Shown here: positions 14,153-27,492 of the stretch, in pieces
Position numbering within the stretch: position 1 is the stretch's first letter
Layout: each line of letters opens with the position of its first letter
DNA from: Octopus vulgaris
Taxonomy: Eukaryota
Assembly: GCA_951406725.2 (NCBI GenBank)
Contig: OX597834.1
Span: 16,182,001 to 16,246,000, forward strand
Direction: 5' to 3'
DNA length: 64,000 nucleotides
The notes under the pieces: generated by a model
Database searches by the model: none
Told to the model about the DNA's origin: nothing
What the model saw: only the letters and a program-made list of their open reading frames with translations
Position numbers and translations under genes: made by a program

Positions 14153-14334
14153 TCCCGCGCTGCCACCACCACCACCACCGGTTGCCGAACGACCGCTTCA
14201 TTCGACAAGAACATCTGCTGCTACAAAAACATTGCCGTTAACATTAACTGATTTACTTTTGTCAAAGAAGGAAGAAATGATTAAATAAGGATGATTCAGA
14301 CCAAATCTGTTTAGCCTGAATGGAAAGCCTGCTG

Positions 14335-14391
<57 letters not shown>

Positions 14392-14574
14392 TGCATGCAT
14401 GTACATGTATGCACATGTATGCACAAACACAGGTACATGCACATACATGAGTACACATGTATGCAAAAATATTTATTACCCCCCACACAAACACACACAC
14501 ACACACACTAGCATATACCACCATACATATGTCCACACACCAGCAATAGCACATTCACATATACACACAGTGAT

Positions 14575-14638
14575 ACACACACACACAAAAGCATAACAGC
14601 ACATACACACACACACACACACACACAAAAGCATAACA

Positions 14639-14675
<37 letters not shown>

Positions 14676-14787
14676 CATAACAGCACACACACACACACAC
14701 ACAAAAAGCATAACAGCACATACACACACACACACACAAAAGCACATAACAGCACACACACACACACACACACACAAAAGCATAACA

Positions 14788-14826
<39 letters not shown>

Positions 14827-14899
14827 CATAACAGCACATACACACACACACACAAAAAAGCATAACAGCACACACACACACACACACAAAAGCATAACA

Positions 14900-14948
<49 letters not shown>

Positions 14949-14955
14949 CATAACA

Positions 14956-14992
<37 letters not shown>

Positions 14993-15101
14993 GCATAACA
15001 GCACATACACACACACACACAAAAAAGCATAACAGCACATACACACACACACACAAAAGCATAACAGCACATACACACACACACACACACACAAAAGCAT
15101 A

Positions 15102-15139
<38 letters not shown>

Positions 15140-15348
15140 CATAACAGCACATACACACACACACACAAAAAAGCATAACAGCACACACACACACACACAC
15201 AAAAGCATAACAGCACATACACACACACACACACAAAAGCATAACAGCACATACACACACACACACAAAAGCATAACAGCACATACACACACACACACAC
15301 ACACAAAAGCATAACAGCACATACACACACACACACAAAAGCATAACA

Positions 15349-15391
<43 letters not shown>

Positions 15392-15470
15392 CATAACAGC
15401 ACATACACACACACACACACACAAAAGCATAACAGCACATACACACACACACACACACAAAAGCATAACA

Positions 15471-15513
<43 letters not shown>

Positions 15514-15559
15514 CATAACAGCACATACACACACACAAAAGCATAACAGCACATACACT

Positions 15560-15591
<32 letters not shown>

Positions 15592-15598
15592 CATAACA

Positions 15599-15631
<33 letters not shown>

Positions 15632-15678
15632 AGCATAACAGCACATACACACACACACACACACACAAAAGCATAACA

Positions 15679-15709
<31 letters not shown>

Positions 15710-15714
15710 GCATA

Positions 15715-15745
<31 letters not shown>
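14575..15745. repeat. Compound minisatellite: AAAAGCATAACAGCACATA + variable (CA)n, about 30 units
   Basis: An invariant core separated by CA runs of variable length. Confidence 0.95.
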
Positions 15746-15749
<4 letters not shown>

Positions 15750-15846
15750 CCTTGCAGCATATGCACAGACAAAAGCATACAGACACATATACAAAAGCCT
15801 AGCAACATACAGACAAAAGCATACCAACACACAGAGATGAACATAC

Positions 15847-15895
<49 letters not shown>

Positions 15896-16180
15896 TATTA
15901 GCACGCACACACACACACACACAGACAGCAATATGTCCAACTGTGTGTACATGCACTTTTAAAATATTCAGGAACTTCTTAAACAATATAAAATTTTTAA
16001 GCAGTCGAAGCCAAGGAAATTTTCAGAAGAAATAATTGTCAGATCATTTCAATTTAATGAAATTAGCTTAATTAACACAAACCTTTCTATGCGTCTATTT
16101 ATAAAGAGGAGGAGAGGGTGGGACAAGGGGAAAGGACAGAAAGACCAGAATGACTACAAGACTATTTCTATGCACAATTT

Positions 16181-16412
16181 AGGCGGCGAGCTGGCAGAAC
16201 CATTAGTGTGCCGGGCGAAATGCTTAGCGGTATTTCGTCTGCCGCTACGTTCTGAGTTCAAATTCCGCCGAGGTCAACTTTGCCTTTCATCCTTTCGGGG
16301 TCGATAAATAAAGTACCAGTTCCGCATTGGGGTCGATGTAATCGACTTAATACCTATGTCTGTCCTTGTTTGTCCCCTCTGTGTTTAGCCCCTTGTGGGT
16401 AGTAAAGAAATA
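16181..16412 (+). mobile_element. SINE family B (GGCGGCGAGCTGGCAGAA head) with perfect 18-bp TSD
   Basis: A-box-like AGCTGGCAGAA and B-box GAGTTCAAATTCC. TATTTCTATGCACAATTT is duplicated at 16163-16180 and 16413-16430. Confidence 0.9.
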
Positions 16413-17897
16413 TATTTCTATGCACAATTTTCTTGGTTGATAGAAAAGTTCTTAGCTCAAGAATTGAACCATGGACCCCAAAACAAAAGTGTCGAGTCGT
16501 TCCACTGACCACCAGCACTGAGGTACTGATTAAAAAAAAAAAAGGATTGAGGTCTTCAAACTCTGACAAATGCTTGTCTTACTCAGCTTGGCTTTTGCTT
16601 TTTCCTGCATATGGTGTCTCTGAATTATTTAAATTCTGCCAAGGGCAACTTTACCTTTCACCACTTTGGTGAGGGAGGGGGCGACAAAATAAAGTAACCA
16701 GTCAAGTACTAGGATCAATAAAGGATAAGGTGCATGGCTCAGTGGTTAGAGTGTCAGGCTCACAATCAAGAGGTAGTGAGTTCTGTTTCCGGACCAGGTT
16801 GTGTGTTGCGTTCTTGAGCAAGACACTTTATTTCACATTGTTCCAGTTTACTCAGCTGTAGACATGCGTTGTGACGTCACTGGTGCTAAACTGTACCAGC
16901 CTTTGTCTTTCCCTTGGACAACATCAGCGGTATGGAGAGGGGAGGGTGGTATGTATGGACAACTTTTGGTCTTCCATAAACAACCTTGCCCGATATTGTG
17001 CATCGGAGGGGAACTTTCTAAGTACAATCCCATGGCCTTTCATGACTAAAGGGGGGGGTCTGAGGCAATGAACGAGACTTTTGGCATTATATCATGCATG
17101 AGAAGAAGACCCATCAAGCCAAGCAAAATTGCAGTCGTGGCAGATACTGGTGTCATGCAAATTGGTACCCATGCCAGTGGCATATAAATCACCATGGTGT
17201 CAGGCAAATTGCACCTGTGCTGGTGCCACATACAAGCACCCATTACACTCTCAGAATGGTTGGCATTAAGGACATCCAGCCATAGAAAACCATGCCAAAT
17301 CAGACAGGAGTCTGGTGCAGCCTTCCAACTTACCAGCCCTGGTAAAGCCATCCAACCCATGCCAGCATGGACAATGGACATTAAATGAGGATGATGATCA
17401 ATGTAATCCACTTGCTCCCACCCCTCAAAATTACCACCCTCGAAACCTACAACTGACATTCAAGGGGGTGCTGTGATCTCTGAAACTTATACACCATGGA
17501 AAACTAGTGAACAACCTTACGACCCCTAGGGCTCATGGTAAGAAAAAAGAAAGGCATGGTTATGTGGTTAAGAAGCTTGCCTTTCAGTTATGTGGTTTCA
17601 GGTTCAGTCCCACTTCACAGCAAGTTGAGCATGGAAACTGTGGAAATCCATATACACACACATATATATATATTCCTTTACTTGTTTCAGTCATTTGACT
17701 CCAGCCATGCTGGAGCATCGCTTTAAATGATTTTTTAGTAAAGGAAATTGACCTCAGGATTTGTTCTTTGTAAGCCTAGTACTTATCCTATCGGTCTCCT
17801 TTCCCAAACTGCCAAGTTACAGGAACATCAGTTGTCAAGTGACAGGGGGGGGGGCAAACAGACAAAGTCACTCACACATGCACACACACACACATAT

Positions 17898-19175
17898 ATA
17901 GGGTGTGATGGGTAAATTGTCACCATTTTATATTTTTAATTTTAAACATGCGTATAGTTTGTTTTTGATTTTGTTGACTACACAGTATAGTAGGGTCAGT
18001 TGGGCACCATCTGTGCGAAAAACAGCCCCATGATGCAATTCACTCTGCCATAAATTTGGAAATGACATGCTGTACTGTTTGGCATTTGCACTAGAAGTTC
18101 CAATATGAACATTTCAGAGTATTTGGGTGTCAATTGTCAATTTGCGGACACTGCAGAGAATTCGGAAAGAACTGGATGGGCCTGATGGTGATTATGAAGG
18201 TACAGCAGCTCAGAAAACTCCCTCTGATCATTCTGATAAGAAAAGAACTCCTGTATTTGTTGGTGAGATCCAGGCCATGATTGACAACAATTCCTCCAAG
18301 TCAATCAGATCCATCGCCAGGGCTATGGGAGCGTCTGCATTTCTTATCAGGCTGGTAGTGAATGATGACATTCAGTATTCTTCAAAGAAGATGAGAAAGG
18401 GCCAATTTTTATCCCAAGCCATCAAGCACAAGAGGAAAAACAATGCTACGAAGCTTTTGAACAAACTCAGGTATCCCTTCCAACTGAACATGCTTTGGTT
18501 TTTCTGATGAGAAAATTTTCTGTCAGGATCAGATAGTAAACACACACAAAACAACTGTTGGCTTGCCGTGTCCGCAGAACATGTACCAAGAGTTATAAAA
18601 ATCAGGCATCTTGTCAACATCATGATGTTTGGAGTGATCACAAGAGATGGTGACATTATGCCCCCATTCATCTTCCCTCATGGCCCCAGACTCAACACGG
18701 AGGCCTACATCAAGTGCCTGGAGAAGGTAGTGCTGCCCTGGGTCAAGAGGGTGGCTGCTGGAAGACCCTGTGTCTGATAACGGGACTCTGCACCATGCCA
18801 CACAAGCAGGAAAACCCAGTCATGGCTGTCAAACAATTTCTGTGACCACATCACCCCTAAAATCTGGCCAGCTAACTCCCCAGACTGCAACCCCCTTGAT
18901 TATTATGTGTGGGGTGCAGTTGAGCGAGAGACCAAGAAAACTCCTTGTAACCCCAAAGAGGAACTGAAGGCAAGGATTATGGGAGCATTCACCAACTTAA
19001 ACAAGGAGACCATCCAGAAGAGTTGCAGGAGATCCCAAAGTTTATTTGGAGGTCGTGGTTGAAGCCAATGTCGATTTTATTGAATAAATTTACTCTTTAG
19101 TATTTCAAGATATTTTTCTGTAATTTTGGTAAATATTAAAATGAGATGTCAGTGTTATATTCATTTTGCATTTGT
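17898..19175 (+). mobile_element. Degenerate Tc1/mariner DNA transposon, DD37D (maT-type) transposase pseudogene
   Basis: Left end TA+TAGGGTGTGATGGGTAAATTGTCACCATTTT. The broken reading frame gives WFF(S)DEK, IMMFGVITRDG, RDSAPCHT...WPANSPDCNPLDYYVW, with 37 residues between the 2nd and 3rd catalytic D. It has stops and frameshifts, and no right TIR was found. Confidence 0.9.
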
Positions 19176-20210
19176 TTTTGTCCCCACAGCTTAGTAGTTT
19201 TGAAAAAGAAACTGATAGACTAAGTATGAAGCTTAAAAAATTAAGTACTGGGGTTGTCTTGCTCAGCTAAAACCCTTCAAAGTAGTACCCCAGCATGGCC
19301 ACAGTCCCACAATGGAAAGAAGCATGATACAGAAGCTAAAAGATCACATAATAGTAATATGGCTTTTTGCATTATTTAGTTACAAAAGGCCATGGATTGG
19401 GAGAATGGCCAGCACTGTAGGGTAGTACTAACTAAATGGGAAAAGAAAAGAGCCCTTATATACTGAAGAAGAGGCCCCACAGGCTAAGAATAAATGTATG
19501 ACATGGGGAAAAGTAGAAGTTATAATTCTCAACAGCTGTTGTGCAATATAGGCTACAGAGCAAAACTGATAAGTAAATATAATAAATCAAACAGTTTTAT
19601 AGAATGTCATATTTACAAACTGAGGTTAAACATACGGTTTTTATTGTTTTTATTAAAGTCTGTTTGAATTTAGTCAGTTCAGGTTGAAGATGAGTTTTTT
19701 TTTTTTTTGTTTTTCTGTTTCTGCTTTTGGCAACATTTGCGACGACTACAGTTTTATATGAAGATTAATAACACTGCGTAAAAAAATTTTAATTTCTTTG
19801 TCTTTGGTCAGTAAGTTTTATTTCCTATTTGTTTCCATCTAGAAATCAAAGGAAATGACTACTATTCCCTTTGAAACTTTGCTTTTGTGACCTGAGCATC
19901 AATGTTTTGAAACTGACCGGTTTTCCATTACATTTCAGACAGATTCAGTGCTGAGATGCTGAAGCAGAAATATCATTATTGCAAATATTCTTCTCAATAC
20001 CACAGATCTGATTGTCAGTTGCTTGACCTTAACCAGTTGAGCATGTTCCTTAGTGGCTGACAATAAGTGCATCTCTGGTCATGAGCAGGAGAAGTGAGGA
20101 AGTATCATAGCCATGAGTTTAAAGGGATTCTTAGGGGTGTGAATAAATGTAAAAAAAAAAGCAAAGTTTGATTTAGTTGAAAGTTTTGAAGGCAAGAAGA
20201 ATTGACTTAC

Positions 20211-20283
20211 CTGAGACACTTGTGTCATTGTGCTCACAACTTCGGACATTGATGGCCTTTCATCATGTTTGCCTGCCCAACAA
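20211..20283 (-). CDS. MAP3K7: Internal coding exon of a TKL-type protein kinase (subdomain XI), most similar to TAK1/MAP3K7
   Basis: Minus strand reads ttttttctgcag|T TGT TGG GCA...GTG TCT CAG|gtaagt, a canonical acceptor and donor around 73 nt (1+72). It encodes CWAGKHDERPSMSEVVSTMTQVSQ, matching the CW-x5-RPS-M-x-E subdomain XI pattern and resembling, from memory, TAK1 [22 protein letters not shown]. The kinase exon call is strong; the gene identity is less certain. Confidence 0.7.
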
Positions 20284-21324
20284 CTGCAGAAAAAAATAAG
20301 AAAGATTATATATAAAAATGAAATCATTCACTGTGTAGAATAGAATTATCTGAATATAAAGATCATCATCATCATCATCGTTTAACTTCCACTTTCCATG
20401 CTAGCATGGGTTGAACAGTTTGACTGAGTACTGGCGAACCAGAAGGCTGCACCAGGCTCCTATCTTGATCTGGCAGAGTTTCTACAGCTGGATGCCCTTC
20501 CTAATGCTAACCACTCCGAGAGTGTAGTGGGTGCTTTTACGCGCCGCCGGCATGAGGGCCAGTGAGGCAGTACTGGCAACAGCCACGCTCAAATGGTGTT
20601 TTTTTACGTGCCACCTACACAGGAGCCAGCCCAGTGGCACTGGCAACGACCTCGCTCAAATGTTTTTTCACGTGCCAGTAAGGTGACACTGGTAAAAGAT
20701 ATGTATGTAAGACAATCATTCATCATACTCTGACTAATACCTCTCATCATAACTAACAATCACGCTTCTATCACTCATGCTTTTTGCTCAGTAAAAACAT
20801 TGATGAGGGAGGTCCGTGAGGCCCTATTTGTCCTATTAAGGACATGGCTACTGCTATAGTGCAAGTGTTATCAAAAATGTACCCAGTGCACTTTCTAGGG
20901 TGGATAGGGTGAGGAAGCTGAAAGATGAAAACTTGAGCAGGATGAGGTCCTCTGACCCATCCGGGTGAGCAGTACTTTGAATGTGGATCGACTTGACCCC
21001 AAAACCATGAGAACTCATTCAATGCATAGTGGAGGCATGTAGGTTAGTAGTTAGGGTGTTGGAGTCATGATCATAAGGTTGGAGTTTCGATTCCTGGACC
21101 AGGCAACGTGTTGTGTTCTTGAGCAAAACACTTCATTTCGCATTGCTCCAGTCCATAGACCTGGCAAAAATGAGTAATCCTACGACAGACCACCGCTCCA
21201 TCCAGGAGGGGAGTTTATACACCATGAAACTAGGAAACCAGCCCTTATGAGTTGGTTTAAGTTGAGAAGGTAACTTTACCTTCACTTTTTTTTTTTTTAA
21301 CCAGCATCCATAGGGTCAACACTC

Positions 21325-21678
21325 CTATTCTCTAGAAAAACGCCGCCGCCGTGGTGATCTCATTCTCGCTCACAACATCATAAGCGGAAAGTGTAACCTC
21401 TCGAAAGAGCTGTTCTTCACTCCTGCTCCAGAGCGTCGGCTGCGAAGTCATTCCGAAAAGCTCTACCTGTGACGATTTCATCTCAATCGAAGGAGAGGAG
21501 CTTTCTCCATCCAGGTTGCAGATCCGTGGAACAAGCTGCCAGACGAGATGACTTTGTTCAAAGTCTCCCTTGACCTCAAGTGGCCTGAACTCTTTACATG
21601 AACACCACCCAGTACATAACTCCATGTCCCCCTACATGGCCTTGCTATTTGCTTTTGAGCCAAATTAACTAACTAACA
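21325..21678 (+). mobile_element. 5'-truncated CR1-type LINE (ORF2 C-terminus, 3' UTR, (TAAC)n tail)
   Basis: Translates YSLEKRRRRGDLI...LRSHSEKL...FSIQVADPWNKLPDEM..FKVSLD, a typical CR1 ORF2 end with one internal stop. It ends in ttaactaactaac. Confidence 0.85.
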
Positions 21679-22547
21679 TCCAGAGAAGTGTTACAGAAGA
21701 TTCAATGGCAATTAAAACCGGATACATCTTTGGGGGAGAAAGGCCTTCCTTCAGGGAGGAAAGATACTGAGAGAGAACTGAAGAAAGCAAGAATTCAACT
21801 GGAGAGAAGCAGAAAAGACAGCCCAGACTGCAGCGAATTCGTTTATGGTCAATGCACCATAGAAAGTGAAGAGTTGAAGTAATTAAGGGATTGGCATCAC
21901 ATTTTGTCATCTTCCATTTACGATCTGCTAAATCTAATTCACAAGTCCTCGGCAAGCCCTACATATTACACAATCTATATGACAAATGCATGCTTGCATG
22001 AAGCCTGAGATCTCCCAATTTGCAGAGAAATATCATCTATATCAACATTTTATGCATCTATGACATTACATGGATATCGAACATATATCTAACATATATC
22101 TTACATATGCATTAGATATCCACACAATAAACTCGTTGAACCTTATCCAGACCGGCATTGACCACACTTGTATCTCTGCTACAAAATAGAATATATTCAG
22201 ATATATTTCGAAATAATATAAATTATGTTCCCAGTTCCTGTTGTGGAATTTAATGTAGGGGCAGGGGGAGAGAAAGAGAGCGAGAGAGAGCAATTCAAAT
22301 AGCGCCTATTCCTCTGTGAGGCAGTAAATTGCGATCTGACAATACCCATGATTTGGTTAACTTATACCCTTTCAACTGAACAAAATAGATTTGCTAACGT
22401 ATTAAATAATTTCTGCTTCACCAACGAGTGCACACTTGTGTGAAACCTGACATCTCACAGCTCACGAACAAATGTTTTATGCTGATATCAGCATATTATA
22501 TCTCTACGTTTTTATATGTATAAGGAATTTGAAATTCAGATCATCAT

Positions 22548-22589
<42 letters not shown>

Positions 22590-22892
22590 CAGGTATGTAT
22601 GACTCTCTGTAAATGGATATTACGAGCTGTGACAATCCATACATTTCAGATTATGCATTCACACTCCAAGTATATAATACAAATAATAGTTATTACACAC
22701 ACTGATATATAACACTCTCTCACACTCTCTCTATATAGATATAAACATATATTTATATATATAAATGCATACATACACACACACACACATATATATATAC
22801 ACACACACACATATACATACATATAAATACAGACACATATATATACATCCATACATATACATACATATATGTGTGTGAGTGCATATGCATGA

Positions 22893-22928
<36 letters not shown>

Positions 22929-22961
22929 TCATACATATAGCCGTGATGTCCATCCATCCAC

Positions 22962-23000
<39 letters not shown>

Positions 23001-23420
23001 TATACATATGCTACATATGCATACATATATATAGAATATCTGTATGCATACATACATATCACACACACACACATAAATATATACATATGTCTACATACAT
23101 ACATATATATAGAATATATATATACATGTATGTATGTATGTATGTAGGCATGTGTATATATTTATGTGTGCGTGTGTGTGTGTGTGTATGTATATGTATG
23201 CATACAGATATATATATATATATATATATATGGGTGGATGGATGGACGACAGCTAGCAGTGACACTCTATATGTATAAGATCTTAGTGACATCAAAGCTG
23301 GCAATACAGTTAAGAAGTTTTCTTCCTAACTATATGGCTTCAGGTTAACTTCCATCGTGTGGCACCTTGTGCGACAAGTCTACAGCTGCCCCAGAATAGA
23401 TTTCAGAGACAGAAACTGAT

Positions 23421-23653
23421 AGGTGGCGAGCTGGCAGAAACGTTAGCATGTCGGGCAAAATACTTAGCGGTATTTCATCTCACCACTACGTTCTGAGTTC
23501 AAATCCACCGAGGTCGAACTTTGCCTTTCATCCTTTCGGGGTCGATAAATTAAGTACCAGTTACGCACTGGGGTCGATATAATCGACTTAATCCCGTTGT
23601 CTGTCATTGTTTGTCCCCTCTATGTTTAGCCCCTTGTGGGCAATAAAGAAATA
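23421..23653 (+). mobile_element. SINE family B copy
   Basis: Family homology; TSD AGAAACTGAT(A); inserted in an older family A copy. Confidence 0.85.
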
Positions 23654-24155
23654 AGAAACTGATAGAAGCCTGTCGCACATATGTGGAGGAAGGGGTTGCG
23701 CAACCTCGTCCTGACATTGCATGATAATTGTAAACGAGTGTCACCGTTATGCAAGCAATGCCATTCCCATTCTTCTGTGGAAACACATTTGGTCAGGGGG
23801 CGGGAAAACAAGCGAGGGTTGGTGACAGGAAGGGCATCCAACCATGAACAAGAAATCTACCTGAACAGATTCGGTCTGACCCAGGTAAGCAAAAAAAAAA
23901 AAAATACAGCAGATGTTAAAATGATGATGTATCATTTATCTTTTGCATGTGTCAGTCAGTTGACTGCAGCCATGCTGGGGCACCACCTTGCAGAGTTTTA
24001 GTCAAAAAAATCAACCCCCAGTATATATTCCTTTTGAGCCTGGTACTTATTCTGTCAGTGTCTTTTGCTGAACCGCTAAATTACTTAAGCACACCAACAC
24101 TGGTTGTCAAGCACTGGGGAAGAGGAGGCACCAAAGACTCTCACAAAGGTGCATG

Positions 24156-24205
<50 letters not shown>

Positions 24206-24358
24206 AAGAGAGAGAGAGAGATGATGGGTTTATTTCAGTTTCTGTCTATCAAATTCACTCACAGGCCTTTGGTCAGCCCAAAGCTACAGTAGTAGACACT
24301 TGCTCAAGGTGCTACACAGTGGGACTGAACCAGGAACCATGCTGTTGGGAATCAAACA

Positions 24359-24593
24359 TTTTATTTCTTTACTGCCCACGAGGGGCCACACATAGAGGGA
24401 ACAAACAAGGACAGACAAATGGATTAAGTTGATTATATCGACCCCAGTGTATAACTGGTACTTATTTAATCGACCCCGAAAGGATGAAAGGCAAAGTCGA
24501 CCTTGGCGGAATTTGAACTCAAAATGTAGCGGCAGACGAAATACCACTAAGCATTTCGCCCAGCGTGTTAATGTTTCTGCCAGCTCACCGCCT
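24359..24593 (-). mobile_element. SINE family B copy
   Basis: Family homology; nested in a family A copy. Confidence 0.85.
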
Positions 24594-25208
24594 TTCAAAC
24601 TTCTTACCACACAGCACATATTTGTATATAATGCAAATAATAGTTTTACATGTGTGTGTGTGCGTAAACATATCTAGTAGGCACACATATATACACATCT
24701 GTGAATGTTTTAAGACAATTACCCCCTTGGACAATTACCAACCTTGGTTAATTACCCAACATATCAAGAAGTTTTAAATTATCATCTGCTGTCCCTGGGT
24801 AAGTCATTGTATGCGTGGGGGGGGGGGGTAAATGTCCTAGACTCATCTGTGAAGGCACGTGGCTTAGTGGTTAGGGGTATTAAGCTCACGGTTGTAAGTT
24901 TATGAGTTCAATTCTCAGTGGTACACTGTGTCCTTGAGCAAGACACTTTATTTCACGTTGCTCCACTCCACTCAGCTGGCAAAAATGAGTAGTACCTGTA
25001 ATTGAAAGGGCCAGCTTTGTCACATCCTGCGTCATGTGGAATCTCCTAGAGAAGTATGCTAAGGGTATACGTGTTTGTGGAGTACTCAGCCACTTGTATG
25101 CTAATTCCACGAGCAGGCTGTTCCATTGATCGGATCAACTGGAACCCTCATCGTCAAGATTGACAGATTGCCATTTCACACCCACCTCACCAACCACCCA
25201 CACAATAT

Positions 25209-25602
25209 ACTCTTTTACCTGTTTCAGTCATTTGACTGCGGCCATGCTGGAGCACCGCTTTTAGTCGAGCAAATCGACCCCGGGACTTATTCTTTTGTAA
25301 GCCCAGTACTTATTCTATCGGTCTCTTTTGCCAAACCGCTAAGTAACGGGGACATAAATACACCAGCATCGGTTGTCAAGTGATGTTGGGGGGACAAACA
25401 CAGACACACAAACACACACACCCATATATATACATATATACGACACGCTTCTTTCAGTTTCCGTCTACCAAATCCACTCACAAGGCTTTGGTCGGCCCGA
25501 GGCTATAGTAGAAGACACTTGTTCAAGGTGCCACGCAGTGGGACTGAACCCGGAACCATGTGGTTGGTAAACAAGCTACTTACCACACAGCCACTCCTGT
25601 GC
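25209..25602 (-). mobile_element. SINE family A copy
   Basis: Near-identical to 13246-13650. Confidence 0.85.
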
Positions 25603-25831
25603 ATTTGGGTTTTAGAATTTCATGATGGTGAACAGAATTCTTTCCTCATAATTTGGGGTTTTGTGCATTTGATGCAATCAACATATTTGAAACAGAGTAT
25701 GATAAGGAAATTCAGTTAACCAATACACAATTAGAAAAGAAAATCTCAGTGTGTGTGTGTGCATGATAAAGAGAGGCGGTGGCAGGCATATATATATGTG
25801 CCTATAGGGGAGAGTAGGTGTGTGTGTGTAT

Positions 25832-25875
<44 letters not shown>

Positions 25876-26490
25876 TTATTTATTTATTTATTTATATGCA
25901 CTTTAGAGAAAGCAGGTGTGTGTATGTGTGTGAGAGAGAGAGAAGGTATATATATATATATGCATATGAGAGAGAGTAGGTGTATATCTGTGAGAGAGAG
26001 AGCAGATATTTATATACATCCATGTGAGAGAAAGCAAGTATATACAGATGTATACATACATATGTGCATGTGAAATCAAACAGCTATATGTGTGTGCATG
26101 TGCATGGATACAAAGATACATGCAAAGAATTACTTAGACACACACACACACACATAATCATTTGTAGCAAAGCACCAACACATTCCCGTGAAGAACTGCG
26201 AAATGTTAGTTCCACAAAAATCAAAGAAATCAAAGAAATAAAGAAACAGGCAGTGTTTCTGAATCCCTAATCCAAAACTATAAATCGTACAATTAATTCC
26301 TGAAGAATAATAACGCTTATTCAGCAACATCCATTCTTTCTATAAACACTGCAAAGAAACATGTATATATATATGTGTGTGTGCGTACATATATATATAC
26401 ATATATTACTCACATGTGTGTGTATATATATATATTACTCACATGTGTGTACATATATATATATAAATATATTACTCACATGTGTGTGTA

Positions 26491-26524
<34 letters not shown>

Positions 26525-26677
26525 CATACATATATATATATATACATATACACATATATATATATACATATACACATATATATATATATACATATACACA
26601 TATATATATATACATATACATATATATATATATACATATATATATACATATATATATATACATATATACATATATAT

Positions 26678-26750
<73 letters not shown>

Positions 26751-26773
26751 CACATATATATATATTACTAACA

Positions 26774-26818
<45 letters not shown>

Positions 26819-27084
26819 CTATACAATTATGCACAGCCAAATAACTACATGAATTTCATATATACATGCACAGATGTATGCACACGCTCGCACACATGCC
26901 TGCACTTGCTCACACACAAACACACACACACACACACGAGTGCATGCGTCTGTTTGTGCTCAGCAATAAAAGCTGATCAGCGGATCTAATGGCCAAACAT
27001 AATTGCATACAGAAAACTGTAGGAAAAAAGTGCTCAAAGACACACAAAGAGAGAGAGAGGGGGTAAAGGATAAGGAGGGAAAGG

Positions 27085-27122
<38 letters not shown>

Positions 27123-27446
27123 AGGGAAAGGTAGAGGGGGGAGTGTGTGTGTGTGTGTGTTAGATTAATTAGTTGTTCGTTCCAATGAAATATTTGTAAA
27201 CAACAGAACATGGGATCCGGATCCGGAATGAGAGGGGTGTCGTTTCCTGTTGAACCCGTTTTCAATAAGCGAATGAAATGGAACGGAATACAATTCTTGA
27301 GAGGAAAAAAAGGAGGAAGAAGAAGAAAACGGAAAAGAAGAACAGAGAAGGAAAAGATGAAGGTGAAGAAGAAGAAGGAAAATATGAAGATGAAGAAGAA
27401 GGAGAAGAGATGAGAAAGTTTAAAGAAACTGAAACATTAATGTGCG

Positions 27447-27492
<46 letters not shown>

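Noticed and set aside
14575-15745. CRISPR-like array
   Set aside because: Eukaryotic context, spacers are pure (CA)n and there are no cas genes.
14476-15986. Long ORFs (360-492 aa) rich in C/V
   Set aside because: They are translations of the (CA)n compound minisatellite.
21688-21882. 64-aa ORF in non-repetitive sequence after the CR1 tail
   Set aside because: No recognisable domain, no ATG start and no convincing splice sites.
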